Part shown: positions 28,300 through 40,356 of the stretch, in pieces | How positions within the stretch are numbered: position 1 is the stretch's first letter | Layout: the number at the start of each line of letters is the position of its first letter | Assembly (NCBI RefSeq): GCF_000150275.1 | Contig: NW_002060947.1 | Span: 5,802,604-5,866,603 of the forward strand | DNA length: 64,000 nt | From: Trichoplax adhaerens | Lineage: Eukaryota > Animalia > Placozoa | Direction of reading: 5' to 3' | Made by a program: the position numbers and the translations under genes | The notes under the pieces: generated by a model | Told to the model about the DNA's origin: nothing | The model's database searches: none | The model's input: the letters and a program-made list of their open reading frames with translations, nothing else

Positions 28300-29229
28300 T
28301 TTGTCAAGAATTTATAACTATATCAGAATAAATTCAGCCATGTGAGACTGGATACGCTATAAGTATTTAAAAATTAACGATGATATATACTCACAGATTA
28401 ATCATTTTTGATGAAGAGAAAGCTTTTTTGCGTTACAAAACGGAATTACGAATTTGCAAGCTTAAAATATTTCTGTTCAAAAGCAATTTCGATGTTAAAT
28501 CTGATTTAACCTCAGTTATTATTATTAGTTTGATTTAATAATTACGTTTAACTCGAAAATTTGAAAAGAGATTTATTAGTTAGCTACTAAGTATATATTC
28601 CTTTAATTACATTGACATGCAATATATTGACGCGATACTAAATTTTATCATTTTTAATCCGCTTTATAATTGATCTACAGCAAATCAAAGGATTAAGTTT
28701 CTATATATAATATCAATATTATATATGGATTACATATTTAACAAACGCTATGATTGCACAGGCTTAGCTAAAGATGCAAAAACTATATATTTTTTGCGAT
28801 CGTCGTCAACACTGGAAATGATTTAGCAGTAATATCTTCGATTGAAACCTGATCATATCTATTAGACTAATTGAAATAGGTCTATGACAATACAGCTGAT
28901 AAAAATAAATTATTACAACTGAGCAATTTCAAACCCTTTACTCAATGAATAAAATATGCACTTATGGCAGATGAAATAGTATATTAATGATTGTTTAAAA
29001 CACGTCTTAGAGCTCATAATTATTATCTATTAACATTAAAAAATATCTATGAGCTGATAAATAGTTAATGCAGTACATATCCTCAAAGTTATGTTTTAAT
29101 AATCCGATAAAATAAGCAGTATTTCACATTTTGTTATAGTAACAATATAACCAAGGTGATTAATAAACAAATAATCTACGGCTACTGTTTGTCATTTTTA
29201 ATTAATTATGCAATGGTGAATTAATGTTT

Positions 29230-29580
29230 TTTCTGAAAATTCATAAAATATTAAACAAAACTTAGAGCAGTTAAACTGTAAAAAATAAATATTTGGTGGC
29301 TAAAGAACATCAAACCGATAACCGCAAAGTATGTATTAAATTTATTACTAATAATTATAATTGTCCAATAGCCTGAAATTGAGTAATCGTCTGGATAGCC
29401 ATTCTTCCAATAAATTAGTTCAACCTTTCGTAGAACGATTATGAAATAGAACAGCACGAATGGAACCATGCAGTCATGGGCTTGTTATCACGTGCATGAA
29501 TATTAAAGAATACTTCTTTTAAACTTTGCAATATGAAATAATATCTATTGATTTTTGAGAATAGAATGTATATGTTTGGA
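29230..29580 (-). pseudogene. Possible rhodopsin-like GPCR remnant (TM6-TM7)
   Basis: Hydrophobic minus-strand ORF 29251-29469. Allowing frameshifts it reads AW-x-PFVLFYFII (TM6 WxP-like) and PNIYFL (TM7 NPxxY-like). Confidence 0.25.
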
Positions 29581-31531
29581 GATGTACTTACGTATGATCA
29601 AATATTGTATTTACATAGCTAATTAGGTATTCAATACTTGCAACTAAATCGGTGTTTAGTTTTTCTAATGCTTTGCGCAATAATAAAATATCCAGATTGG
29701 ATTTTATTGCAGAAATAGCTACTAAGGTGAAAGTATTCCTTAGAAATAACAAATTTTGTTCTAAATTAAAGTAGTAATAATCTTTACGTTACTGGTGTAG
29801 GTTCAGCTATGCCTTAGCAAATCTCATAGTGTTATAATAACCGTTCTTTGATAAATCATTTATAAATTTAAGGAACGTATCCACTGAACTGCTATAAGTT
29901 AAATGTTTACGTCAGATTATTCCAGTAATCATCATAATTAATTGAATGAAATCTAGCTTTAGAACTCATAATCAATTGCAAAATAAACACTACATTAATT
30001 TATCTCCTCAACTGATGTTAACTAAATATTTGTGATTTATTTTGTACTCCTGTTATGAGGCGACGTTTATTAAAGAGGATGAAGAAGCTTGTTTTGCTTA
30101 GTCTCTTAATAAATAAATCTATATCTGTCGCTACAACTTCAAAATACATATTAAATGGATAATAGTTATCTACGATGCAAAATTCAACGCTAACGCAGAT
30201 TTGGTAAAAAAAAATGGTTACTATTTATGACAACATTGCCATATGGGATGACAGGATCAGAAAGACGTTTAGCCTGGATTTAATGGCTAATCTAAGATTC
30301 TTTAATTGATAACTGAGAATGTATGAGTAATGTTGCAGTTATTAATTCGTTTTGTAGAGTTGATTATTATTTAAATACTGGACGCAATAGTAAGGAGCAT
30401 AATAAGCGAAATTAATATTCTGTTGCAATATAAAATGCGATGGCAAATATTGTCTTAAGTTTATGTATAACTCAAATAGGATATCTTGAAGTTTATCCTC
30501 CTTATTAATAAAAATCTAGAAGTACTTTTACATTTTTTTTGTGGGTATGACTTCCAACAGAATTTAGCAATTCTTGGCGACGATTTTTTTATACTTGAAT
30601 CGAATACAAAATATTACGAACTCTTTTTATTTAATGCTACTAATCTGTATCTCAAGTTATGATCAGTAGTTGGTAGGATTTAATCCCTCATTGCTATAGA
30701 ATAAGCAAAAATACGAGATTCTTAAAGAAAGTCTAGTTTCGGAAAATGTTTATTCTTGAGAGAAATTTCATTAAATTAATTCATTAAAAGAAGTAGACTT
30801 ATATTAGATAGACAGGCATTTGAGCATGAAAGATTAAAGTATCGATATGTAATCTTTATGTTTTACAAATGAAAAAATTATAACTGGCTTTAATAAGAAT
30901 CAAATGGTGTTTACAAGCATAAGTTAACTTAAAATTCTTTTACTAGTTTCCACTAATCATATAATTTTTGAATTTAGATAACTTGGATTATTTTGGAAAG
31001 CGTAACATGTTTCTAATAAAAATTACTGTTTCTATTGACAAACTGAGCAAGTCAATGAGTATACCTACACTGTTATTGCGACTTTAGTCATATTTAATAT
31101 TTTTTGATTGGATAAAGGGTATTTTCATAATAGCTATGCTAACAAAAGCCATTAATGCTTTAAATTTTTTAATAACCGAAAAGTACTGAAAGGTAATGAG
31201 TAAAATGATTACCATCGTCAAATTTCTACCTAAATTAGCATATACTAAAAAAATATAATTTGATATTGAGAAGTAAACATTTTGGTCTTCTTTTATTGCA
31301 TTTAATTATTAATAACAGCTGATAAAGAAAGAAGCAAAGATGATCTCATTCATATAACAAATTTATGGCATTGTAAAATTTTAATGATGGTTGAAGTAAA
31401 TTCCAATTTTGGTCTGTCGACTGATATTAGGCTTATAAAGTGGTATTATTTGCGCGTGTTTAAATTTATGATATTTCATCGTTGTTGCACGAAATCGATT
31501 CTTGACTCAATAAAGTAATTATTTCGGAATC

Positions 31532-34371
31532 ATGCCAAAAGTTTTCAACCTGCTTTTTATTTTACACTTTGTGAGTACGATTTATGCCGTTATACTAACA
31601 ATTGTTGCTGTTATATAAAACACTTAAAGAATGGTTGACATAAAAGTTAAAATATTTAAACTCTGAAATCGTTGCTTGATATCCATAATATCGTTAAACT
31701 TTATCATTGCCAATTTTGAAATTTCATTCTAATAACCTAATAAATTAACTGATATTTCAAGTTATTTGGATGTTCTTTGTGGACTGCATGGGCTGGCCTT
31801 CCTAATGCAAGTAAATAGTAATTTTAGATAGATAACTTGTTGAAATTTGGCAGCTTTAATACCTATTTTAGGGTTAATGTTATTTTTATTTCTACTGCAT
31901 ATTCTAGAGTTAAGATATAAATCTATTTCCGTTCTTAAAGGATGAATTCTAGCTAGAAATATTAAGTTCACGTGAATTTATTGATCACTTTTACACTTAT
32001 AGTGGACAAATTTTGGTCACGAACACTGCCATCTATCGACTTATGCTACCGTGTATCAGATCATATGCATGATTTTTCAAACAGTCGAAGTGATTGTCAA
32101 AAATTTGATGGGGACTTAGCTGTCTTTGATGTCTATGAAAAATATTTTCATTTTAGAGAAATTTACTATGAAAAGCTAGGATTAAATCAGCATATGTGGT
32201 TTGGATTAAGAGATCATCATGGAGACGGACCAACTGTCGAAAGAAGGTGGATTACTGGTTCTTTCTTAGCTTATCAAAAATTTTTGGGAGAACCTCCTTC
32301 TTCTACTGGAACTTCAGATGATTGCTATATTAGTTCTGCGTTTGGAGATCATTTGTGGATTGATGATTTGTGCAGTCAGCTTCGTTTTTTCATCTGTGAG
32401 AAAGGTAATGCATGCAATCTAATATTTACACTGATATAATTTAGGTCAATCATACTAACCTTGATGAAAATATATGATTCCTTTATCGAGTACACTGCTG
32501 GTATACTACAGCTTTCCTATATTCGCAAATCTATCATATGAGTATCTAAAGCTTCTGCCCTTAAAACTTTGGTCAGGCCGGAAATTACTACAGTTATTAC
32601 AGTCTAATCAATTTTTAATCCTACCTAATACTTTATAAAATTACTATGAATCTGTTTCTCGACGTTGTTTCCAAGTAAAGAACGATCTCGATGCTAATAT
32701 TAGCTTCGCGCTATGTTGATTAAAGTTTCACCACGTTAATAATTTTATTAAACTTTAATTTTACTGTTTACTTGTAATAGCTTGCAGCTATGATTTGGAA
32801 TACAGTAATCGCTATTTTACCATCAATCAAGTCAATAGGACATGCGATGAAGGTAGAAACTATTGCCAATCACACGGTGGAGATTTAGCTATCATTAACA
32901 ATAGCGATTTGACCGATTTCTTGTCTGGCTATCTGACATGGACTCAATCAGTCTGGATTGGTTTGCGAGATATTAACAGTCTAGATAACTTCAATGCTTT
33001 CGTTTGGGTTAATGGAACTGTCGCTAGTAGTTATACGGATTGGGGTGTATATAGTCAAGACACTAAACGTGATTGTGTTCTTATTCAGAAGAATAATGGC
33101 AAGTATAACTGGATTAATGTAGACTGTAATAGAACTTCGTGGACCCTGTGCGAATTTGGTAAATACTGTAGCTCCATTATATAAAATTAATTTATAACCA
33201 TATCCCAAATCAGCTGTTAGCCACTTCCATCTTTCATTTTTTAATTTGTCATTGAGTTAAAAGTTTCGGTACCTTAATTCTGCTCCTTTGATTTCATGGC
33301 AGTATTATTATTGACAAATTAAATTATAATATTCAATGTTTTTAGGTACAAGACCAGTTGCATCAACGACCGCTTACAGAACGACTCTTTCCACTAATAC
33401 AGGAACCAATGCAGAAGAAGGTACAGAATCAACCGAAACAACTGATATATTTGTCCAAACACAATATTTTTATATAAAATCGATATTGGTGGATGCAGCT
33501 AATTCAGGTAAGCTTCATAAAGGAAGTAGCCTGTGAGTTATGAAACTGCTTAAAATAGCAAGTTAAGATGTTATTTATTGAATCTATAGTCAAGATATTT
33601 AAGAAATATCAAGATTTGAGCAGTATTTTTGTGAAATCTCTAGAATTTTGACTTAGCTATCCCCATGCAATATTCAATGTAGACAAGCAATATAATCCTT
33701 ACATAATGCGCTTTATGGAGAAATGAATTTACTTTCTAAACTATGCTATTGCAACGTCAAGTGACGTATAAGGCAGAATAGTTCTCTAAATACGTCTTTC
33801 ATAATTTTATAAGAAGTAGTATAGTCAAAGACAGCAATGAACAACAAATACGAATGACACTTTACTATATATGCCTAAGCAAAAGGAAAAATTCTACTAC
33901 AGTATTCCTGAAATATTTATTATTATAAAGATTAATCTACTTCTATTCACGCAATAAAAGTTAGCAAGCGTTATCCGTTCTAGATGACTTAGTGTTATAC
34001 CCTGCTTAAATTTACTTTCACGATAGATATTTACTTATTAAACGGTACCAATAGGATTCGTTATTTTGTAGATAATAACCATATCTTAAAAATGGAATAA
34101 TTTATTCAATAGTCTATTGATAGCCAGTGGTTTTAATGAAAATGGCTGCTAAGATTGATGTAACGATTCTTTAGTTCAGATTGATTTCAAGCCGATCTTA
34201 CCTCCATCCACAAATGACTTACTAGCGACTACTAAAATGCCAGGTATCACGCGTCAACAGTGTGCATTCTTTTGTGCAAGATACAATATTTGTGATCAGT
34301 TTTCCTATAACACTACAAAACTTAATAAACCGATGAATAATATTTGTATTTTGTATACTACAACTTATTAA
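31532..34371 (+). CDS. Unit 5: intact secreted tandem C-type lectin with mucin-like linker and C-terminal PAN/apple-like domain (408 aa)
   Basis: Exons 31532-31570, 31762-31810, 32003-32404, 32781-33158, 33346-33507 and 34175-34371 total 1227 nt, in frame with no internal stop, all GT-AG. N-terminus MPKVFNLLFILHFLFGCSLWTAWAG is signal-like. C-terminus is GITRQQCAFFCARYNICDQFSYN...ICILYTTTY*. Confidence 0.92.
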
Positions 34372-34829
34372 GACTGAAATAATTAATTGAAAAATGTATA
34401 GTGAAGCCTCTGCTACTGAAGCTACTAATGGTTTTATGTATTGGCATATTACTATATTTTGTATTCGATAAGAGATTAAAATTGCCTCTCTTTCTATAAT
34501 TTAGTAAAGATGTTCAGATACTTCTAAATTAGAAACTGACAGTGATAATTTTGATAAGCACATGAAATTTTTAAATATCATAGTAAACACGCAATAATAG
34601 GAAATAATATAATAATTTCAATCAGTCATATTGAAACTAAGTCTGTTTAACGAATGAATCTTATACTGCAATTTATCATTGTCGCTCTATCATTTTATCG
34701 GTGATTATTAAAAATTTACTCATCTGTGTGTTATATCATAATTAATAAGGTAGAGAGCATCTTCTGCTATTAATATAGTAAATATGCTACATAATAATAA
34801 TCGCCTTCCACATGAAATTGATACATACA

Positions 34830-35370
34830 TGAAAATGAAAAATATAAATTAAGTTAAATACGAAAAAATCTTTTAATCTTAATTACCATAGTAATATTAT
34901 CGAGCATATATATACATTACTAAATACAGATCATAATTTAGTAAGCATACCTACTTTATTCTAATTTATCATATTTTCCGTAATTTTACTTGGTACAAGG
35001 AATCTTATAAATCTGTATTTAAAAATTAAAATAATGAATTAAGCTCGATACGAGAAGAATCTTTTAATCTAGCTTGCTGTAGTATTATCTTGGAGCAAGC
35101 GCACATAGTTATGTAATTAAACCAGCTTTACTTTAATGAGCGGTATTCTCTGTGATTTTGCTTGATTTATGGAATGTGATAAATATATTAAAAATAAAGT
35201 AATGAATTAATGTAAGCACGATAAGAGAAAAATCTTATAAACCTGACTTGCTGTGATAATATCATGAAGCATCCGTACAGTACGACGTATCCGATCATAA
35301 TTACATTGTCGAACCAGCTTTACTCTAATTTCTTGTTCTATATAAATTTACTTGATATATAGAATGTGTC
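34830..35370. repeat. Degenerate tandem repeat, 3 units of ~170-190 bp
   Basis: Motif AATTAA...AATCTT(T/A)TAA...TAGT/TGAT-A...GAGCA/AAGCA recurs at ~34848, ~35036 and ~35204. Confidence 0.6.
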
Positions 35371-35824
35371 ATCTGTCAAGAAGCAGATCGCTAGTACTTT
35401 AAGCAGTATGAGAGATCAATGACTGAAAGAGTCCTGCGAATATTATATTGCTTTTCTCAGTTTGTCGACATTTGTATTTCTAACTAATGATCATTGACCT
35501 CTAATGATTTTTAATTAGCAACATTATATCGCTGTACTGTGATACATTACGCTAGAGTGAAGATCAAAATAATTCCTTTAGAAATATCAATCCGATACTC
35601 TATTACACTGCATTGAAGCTGTTAGATAAGCTATTGTTGTCAAAATTTTATGAGAAATGAATTAGATACAACTTAAAAATAGTACCAAAATCTGGTGCTA
35701 TTGGCAATAATAGATATATATAAGTAGTGCCTGTGATAATGTAAGTATGTTGATTTCAGCTTTGTAGAATATAATACTAATTATAGAATTTTATTCTTAT
35801 ACTAAGTTCTGAAAGGGTTGAGCT

Positions 35825-36040
35825 ATGTTTTCGCAATTTTTATATTGTAAACAAGTTAGATAACTTATTTAAGCAGCTACGCTTTTCTGTCATTGTTGTT
35901 CTTAGTCCTTCTTTTCTAAGATCTGCTGTTGTAGGAAGTTTTCCTTGTCTGTCAAAGCTTGTTTGCTCTATTACGTAGTATCTCAATCGATAGAGAATTA
36001 TTAATAAAAGCTGCTATTATAATATTGCTTTTATGATTTA
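35825..36040. repeat. Dispersed repeat, inverted copy of 20430-20645
   Basis: Reverse-complement similarity to 20430-20645 over about 200 bp. Confidence 0.75.
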
Positions 36041-37654
36041 CACTATTATTACAGTTAGTAGAAGAGGTTTTGTTAAGTACGCTTACTCGACTTCCAAAAA
36101 AATTATATCTGAAAATCTTATAATATTTAACTCGTTCAGCCTTGTTCAGAAAAATCGCAAAAAGCTTGCGAATAGTTTGTTACTAAAAAGCTAAAAATGT
36201 CCATTTCTTGCTAAGCTGCATTTGCTGCAATGCTCAAGTGTACCACTCGTATTATTTTATCGGAGCTAAATATTAGTTTATTTTATCAAATGTTTAATAA
36301 GCATAAAATTAAGTTTAACAGTCTCCATTAATGGATTAATCAAACTCTATAGCAAAAATATCTAAGTTCTATACAAATTAAATTATATATAATTATCAAA
36401 ATATTAATAATTGTACTACATGCTTAGTGGAGAAAGATACCGTACAAGTAGAACCCTTGAAACAATTCGAAACTTTTTCAAATCTGTACTGTTACTTTGA
36501 AATGTTCCAATAATTAATGTACGAATTTTCTCATTTCGAGAGTAGCAGGTTTCAAAATATAAATATAGCTCATCTATGTGAGTCTAAAGGTTGTATTTTG
36601 TATTATACTCAAATGTCTATATATACTTATTATTGACGGTATTCTAAATATTACTGAAGTCAGTTGTCAGATTTGTCTGTTTAATACATATCGTATCAGT
36701 ATTTAATATTAGCAGTAGATCCAGAAATTAAAGAAAATTTGAGAACGAGAGAGGTTTCGTGTAGTCTAGTTAGACTCCAAAACTTCTGAGAGCACAGAAT
36801 TATCATTAGTTGTGAAGAGTTCGAAAAAGTGAATAAAGGCAATAACGTTGATCAACATTAATAAATTTGATATCTATTTTGTATTTGCTGAGAATGCCCA
36901 AAGACCTTAAACCAATTCCTAAGTAAACAAAATTCGCAATAATGATTTGCCTAAATAGCATCATTAGATTACAGATCATGATGAAAGTAACAAGCACCAA
37001 TTATTCCGTAACCATTGTAAATGAAATTTTCTATTCTTTTTAGGAATCGAAGAAGTTACACTGTACTTTTAATACAATGTCCAACTAATAGAAATTTGTA
37101 AAGTTCGCAAGAATAAGATATTTTTTATTACTGTTGAAGTGCAAATCGTTTATAATAATTACTCATGTCATTCAGGTTGCTGTATGTTTATTGGTATCAA
37201 ACTAGTTTTCAACCTGATATATTACCTATTCCGGCGACTTTGTTGAGCCAGTCAGTGCCCATTTTGTTTTAAGAATTTATTATCATCGTTTTATTGTTAA
37301 ATTAGAGTACCGTCTTGCTTTAAGAGTAACATATTATTATCACAGTGAGAATTATTCACTGTGACTAATTTATTTATAAAACATTCAGTGCTGTAGTATG
37401 ATATTAAATTTATTATGATAGATGTTTAGACGCAGTTTATTGCAGTGTTGCTTATCTGGAAATGCGCAAGAAGTGTTCTTCATGCTATTACCAGACTGCG
37501 ATTAGCTTTGGCCAACCGTACTTAACGGTATTGCTTTATGCACGATATTCGTGCTACTATAAAAAATGTACATACTGTCAAGCTTGTCTGTAGTAATAAT
37601 AATAAAGTTAGATATAGATTTTGTGGTGACAAGGTAACTCTGCTGGATCGACTT

Positions 37655-38813
37655 TACGGATTGGGGTGCGTAAAGTCCAGACACTAAGTATGATTATGTT
37701 CTTATTCAAAAGAATAGCGGCATTTATAATTGGATTAATGTAGAGTGTAATAGAACTTCATGGACTATGTGTGGATTAGGCAATATAATAGCTCTATCAT
37801 ATAACATTAATTTGTAATGTTTCCTGAATCAGCCGCTAGCAATTTTTATCTTTCGGTTTTAATTTGCCATTGAGTTAAAAGTTACAGCATCTGAATTTTA
37901 CTCCTTTAATTTATAAGGCAATAGTGTTATTTAAAAACTAAAATTATACTGTGCAATTTATTTAGCTACTAAACCAGTTATCACAACAGTAACTTATACT
38001 ACAACTCTTTCCATTCATGCTGGAAACGAAATAGAAGAAGTAGAATTAACTACAACAACTGAAATATTTGCCCAAAAGCAATACTTTTATGTAAAATCGA
38101 TATTGATGGATGCAGCTAATCCAGGTAAGTTTGAAAATGGAAGTGACTTAGTGGTTGTGATCTGTTTAAAAATAAAAGGTAAAAATTTTATCTATTGAAT
38201 TTGCAGTCAAGCCCTGAAATCTTTCCTTAGCTATCAATATACGGTGTTAAATATTCACAAGCAAGATACTCCTAATCGTTATGCAATACAACATATAAAG
38301 AAATGATTTTTACTTACAAACTACTTTATTGCAATGTAAAAAGGCACTTATGATACGATTATTCTTGAAATATGTCATTCGTAACTTTAAAAGAAAATCG
38401 TATTCGAAAGCATCAATAAACAACAAATATAAATAATACTTTACTGTTTGTACCTAAGCAAAAGATAATAATTCAACTACAGTATTCATGGAATGGTTAT
38501 TATTAAAAAGATCAAAAGGATTCTATTTACTCAATAAATACTAGTAAACGTTCTAGAAAATTTAGTTTAGTTCGTTGCTTAAATTTTCTCTCGTGATAGA
38601 TATTTGCTTGAAGCTGTGTTGTGTATAGCATTTGTTATTTCGTAGATAATAGCCATATCTTAAAGTTAGAATAATTTATTTAGTGCTTTGTTTATAGCCA
38701 ACGATTTTAATGGAGATGGTTATTAATATTTATTTAACGATTCTTTTGTTCAAGCCGATCTTACCAACATCCATAGATGGCTTACTAGCGAATAATCAAA
38801 TGCAAGATATCAC
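37655..38813 (+). pseudogene. Unit 6: truncated duplicate of the 3' half of unit 5
   Basis: Aligns with ~33033-34248 including introns. The CTLD2 3' part has TAA at 37671-37673, a Cys>Tyr change and a GC donor. Linker exon 37966-38124 is intact. The PAN exon has lost its acceptor (TTAG>TTTG) and is cut at ~38813. Confidence 0.88.
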
Positions 38814-39192
38814 AATCTAGTAAGAGATTCTATCCGCATAGATTAGATCCAGTCTAATGCTATTAAATTTACTGTATCCGTATTAAAATGATCAATGCTT
38901 AATAACAGTTTAACAGATACATATTAAGCTATCCTATTAAGATATTTCTTCTAAACTTAGGAATTGTAATTTAAACCTGAGCAACCTTGGGGATGAAAGA
39001 TGCAATCCTATTTAACTGGCTGGCAATGACTGTACTATTTTTGTTAGATCTAATCCTAAATTAAGGATATCGACTGTTAAACGCTAAAGTTACAATTAAG
39101 GAGACCGTAAAAAATTTCTGAGATATACTGTAAACATACATAGAACGTAACATAGAAATAACGTACACGTCACGAAGGTTACTTTCGTGACA
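38809..39192 (-). mobile_element. Truncated family A solo-LTR-like element
   Basis: Matches 16068-16078 followed by 16182-16541, and ends GTCACGAAGGTTACTTTCGTGACA. The other terminus is missing. Confidence 0.8.
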
Positions 39193-40356
39193 ATTATCAT
39201 CTCATGTTAAATGCGATGCTGTATATTGATAAATTCTACAACTAATGTAGCAGATATAGAATTGCTACAATCAAATGCTAGAATTATTTTATCGTTTTCT
39301 AATATAATAAGTTAAAATTCTTCGTTAATAATAAATTAACTAGAACGATAGAAGTTGAAGCATTATATATTAAGAAAGTTCATATCCAATTATAATTTTC
39401 TACGTATAAATTATTGGATTAATTAAATAATCAGACAATAAATATTTATCTCATTAGAAAACCAGGTACTTTAGCTTTATTACAAATACTGTGCACATGG
39501 TTATGTCTATAATTTTAATTTATATTGGTATTCAATGACTTACAAACTAATTTCCATCAACCATTAATTATTAGTCTTTTGTTGTCGACTTTATACAAAT
39601 ACCGCATCAATTTTCTTTTGACCAATTTTCATTTTTTATGTAGAATTCAAATTATTGATAACGGAAAAGTTGCTATTATTAATAGATATCTGTATGCATT
39701 TGTGTAATTAAAAGAGTTTAATAAACAAATTCAAAGTTTTTCCTAAATCCAACCGCTGATTACGGTTCATAATTTAGTAGCTTAATTCATAAATCTACGC
39801 TTATCATCTCGAGGACTAGCTGAAATAAGACGGATATGCAGTTATCTAACTCATCTTTACTAACTATCATTGTAAGTTTCAGATAATTTGATGATAGTCA
39901 GATGGCATTCTTATCATTTCAGTTGCAAATTTACTGATAAAATTGAAATTACCTCACGTCTATTACGTATAAATCTAGATCATTTTTCAATTTTATTAGA
40001 TTTTTCTCATTCCAATCTGGCTAATACTTGGTTTACCGTCATCAGGTCGGCTTAAATTTGCCTTAAATCGTAAAAAATTTATTAATTCTGCGCAATTTAA
40101 GTTCAATTTTAATATTTATTAGTAAACACGGTAAGAATTTTTGAATTATTTGTAAAATTTCAGCGTGTTTTAGATGGAATCAGTCACTATTGTTAATTCG
40201 CAACCATGAATTGAGTTACATAATTTTGTAGCAATAATGTTTGTAAGTTAACGCATGCCAAATATGCTTGAAGATACTGTTTAGTCAGGAATATTATTAT
40301 ATATTTACTAAACATTAATTGTTTTATTTAATGAAATTTTGGACACCATGAAACAG

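Noticed and set aside
32981-33208. Minus-strand ORFs overlapping real exons (also 56294-56476, 31762-31971, 37502-37684)
   Set aside because: They are antisense shadows of + strand coding sequence with no independent motifs.
37340-37364. Inward-facing CACAGTG and CACTGTG (RSS/Transib-like heptamers) 9 bp apart
   Set aside because: No nonamer, no TSD and no transposase nearby. A short hairpin like this can arise by chance.
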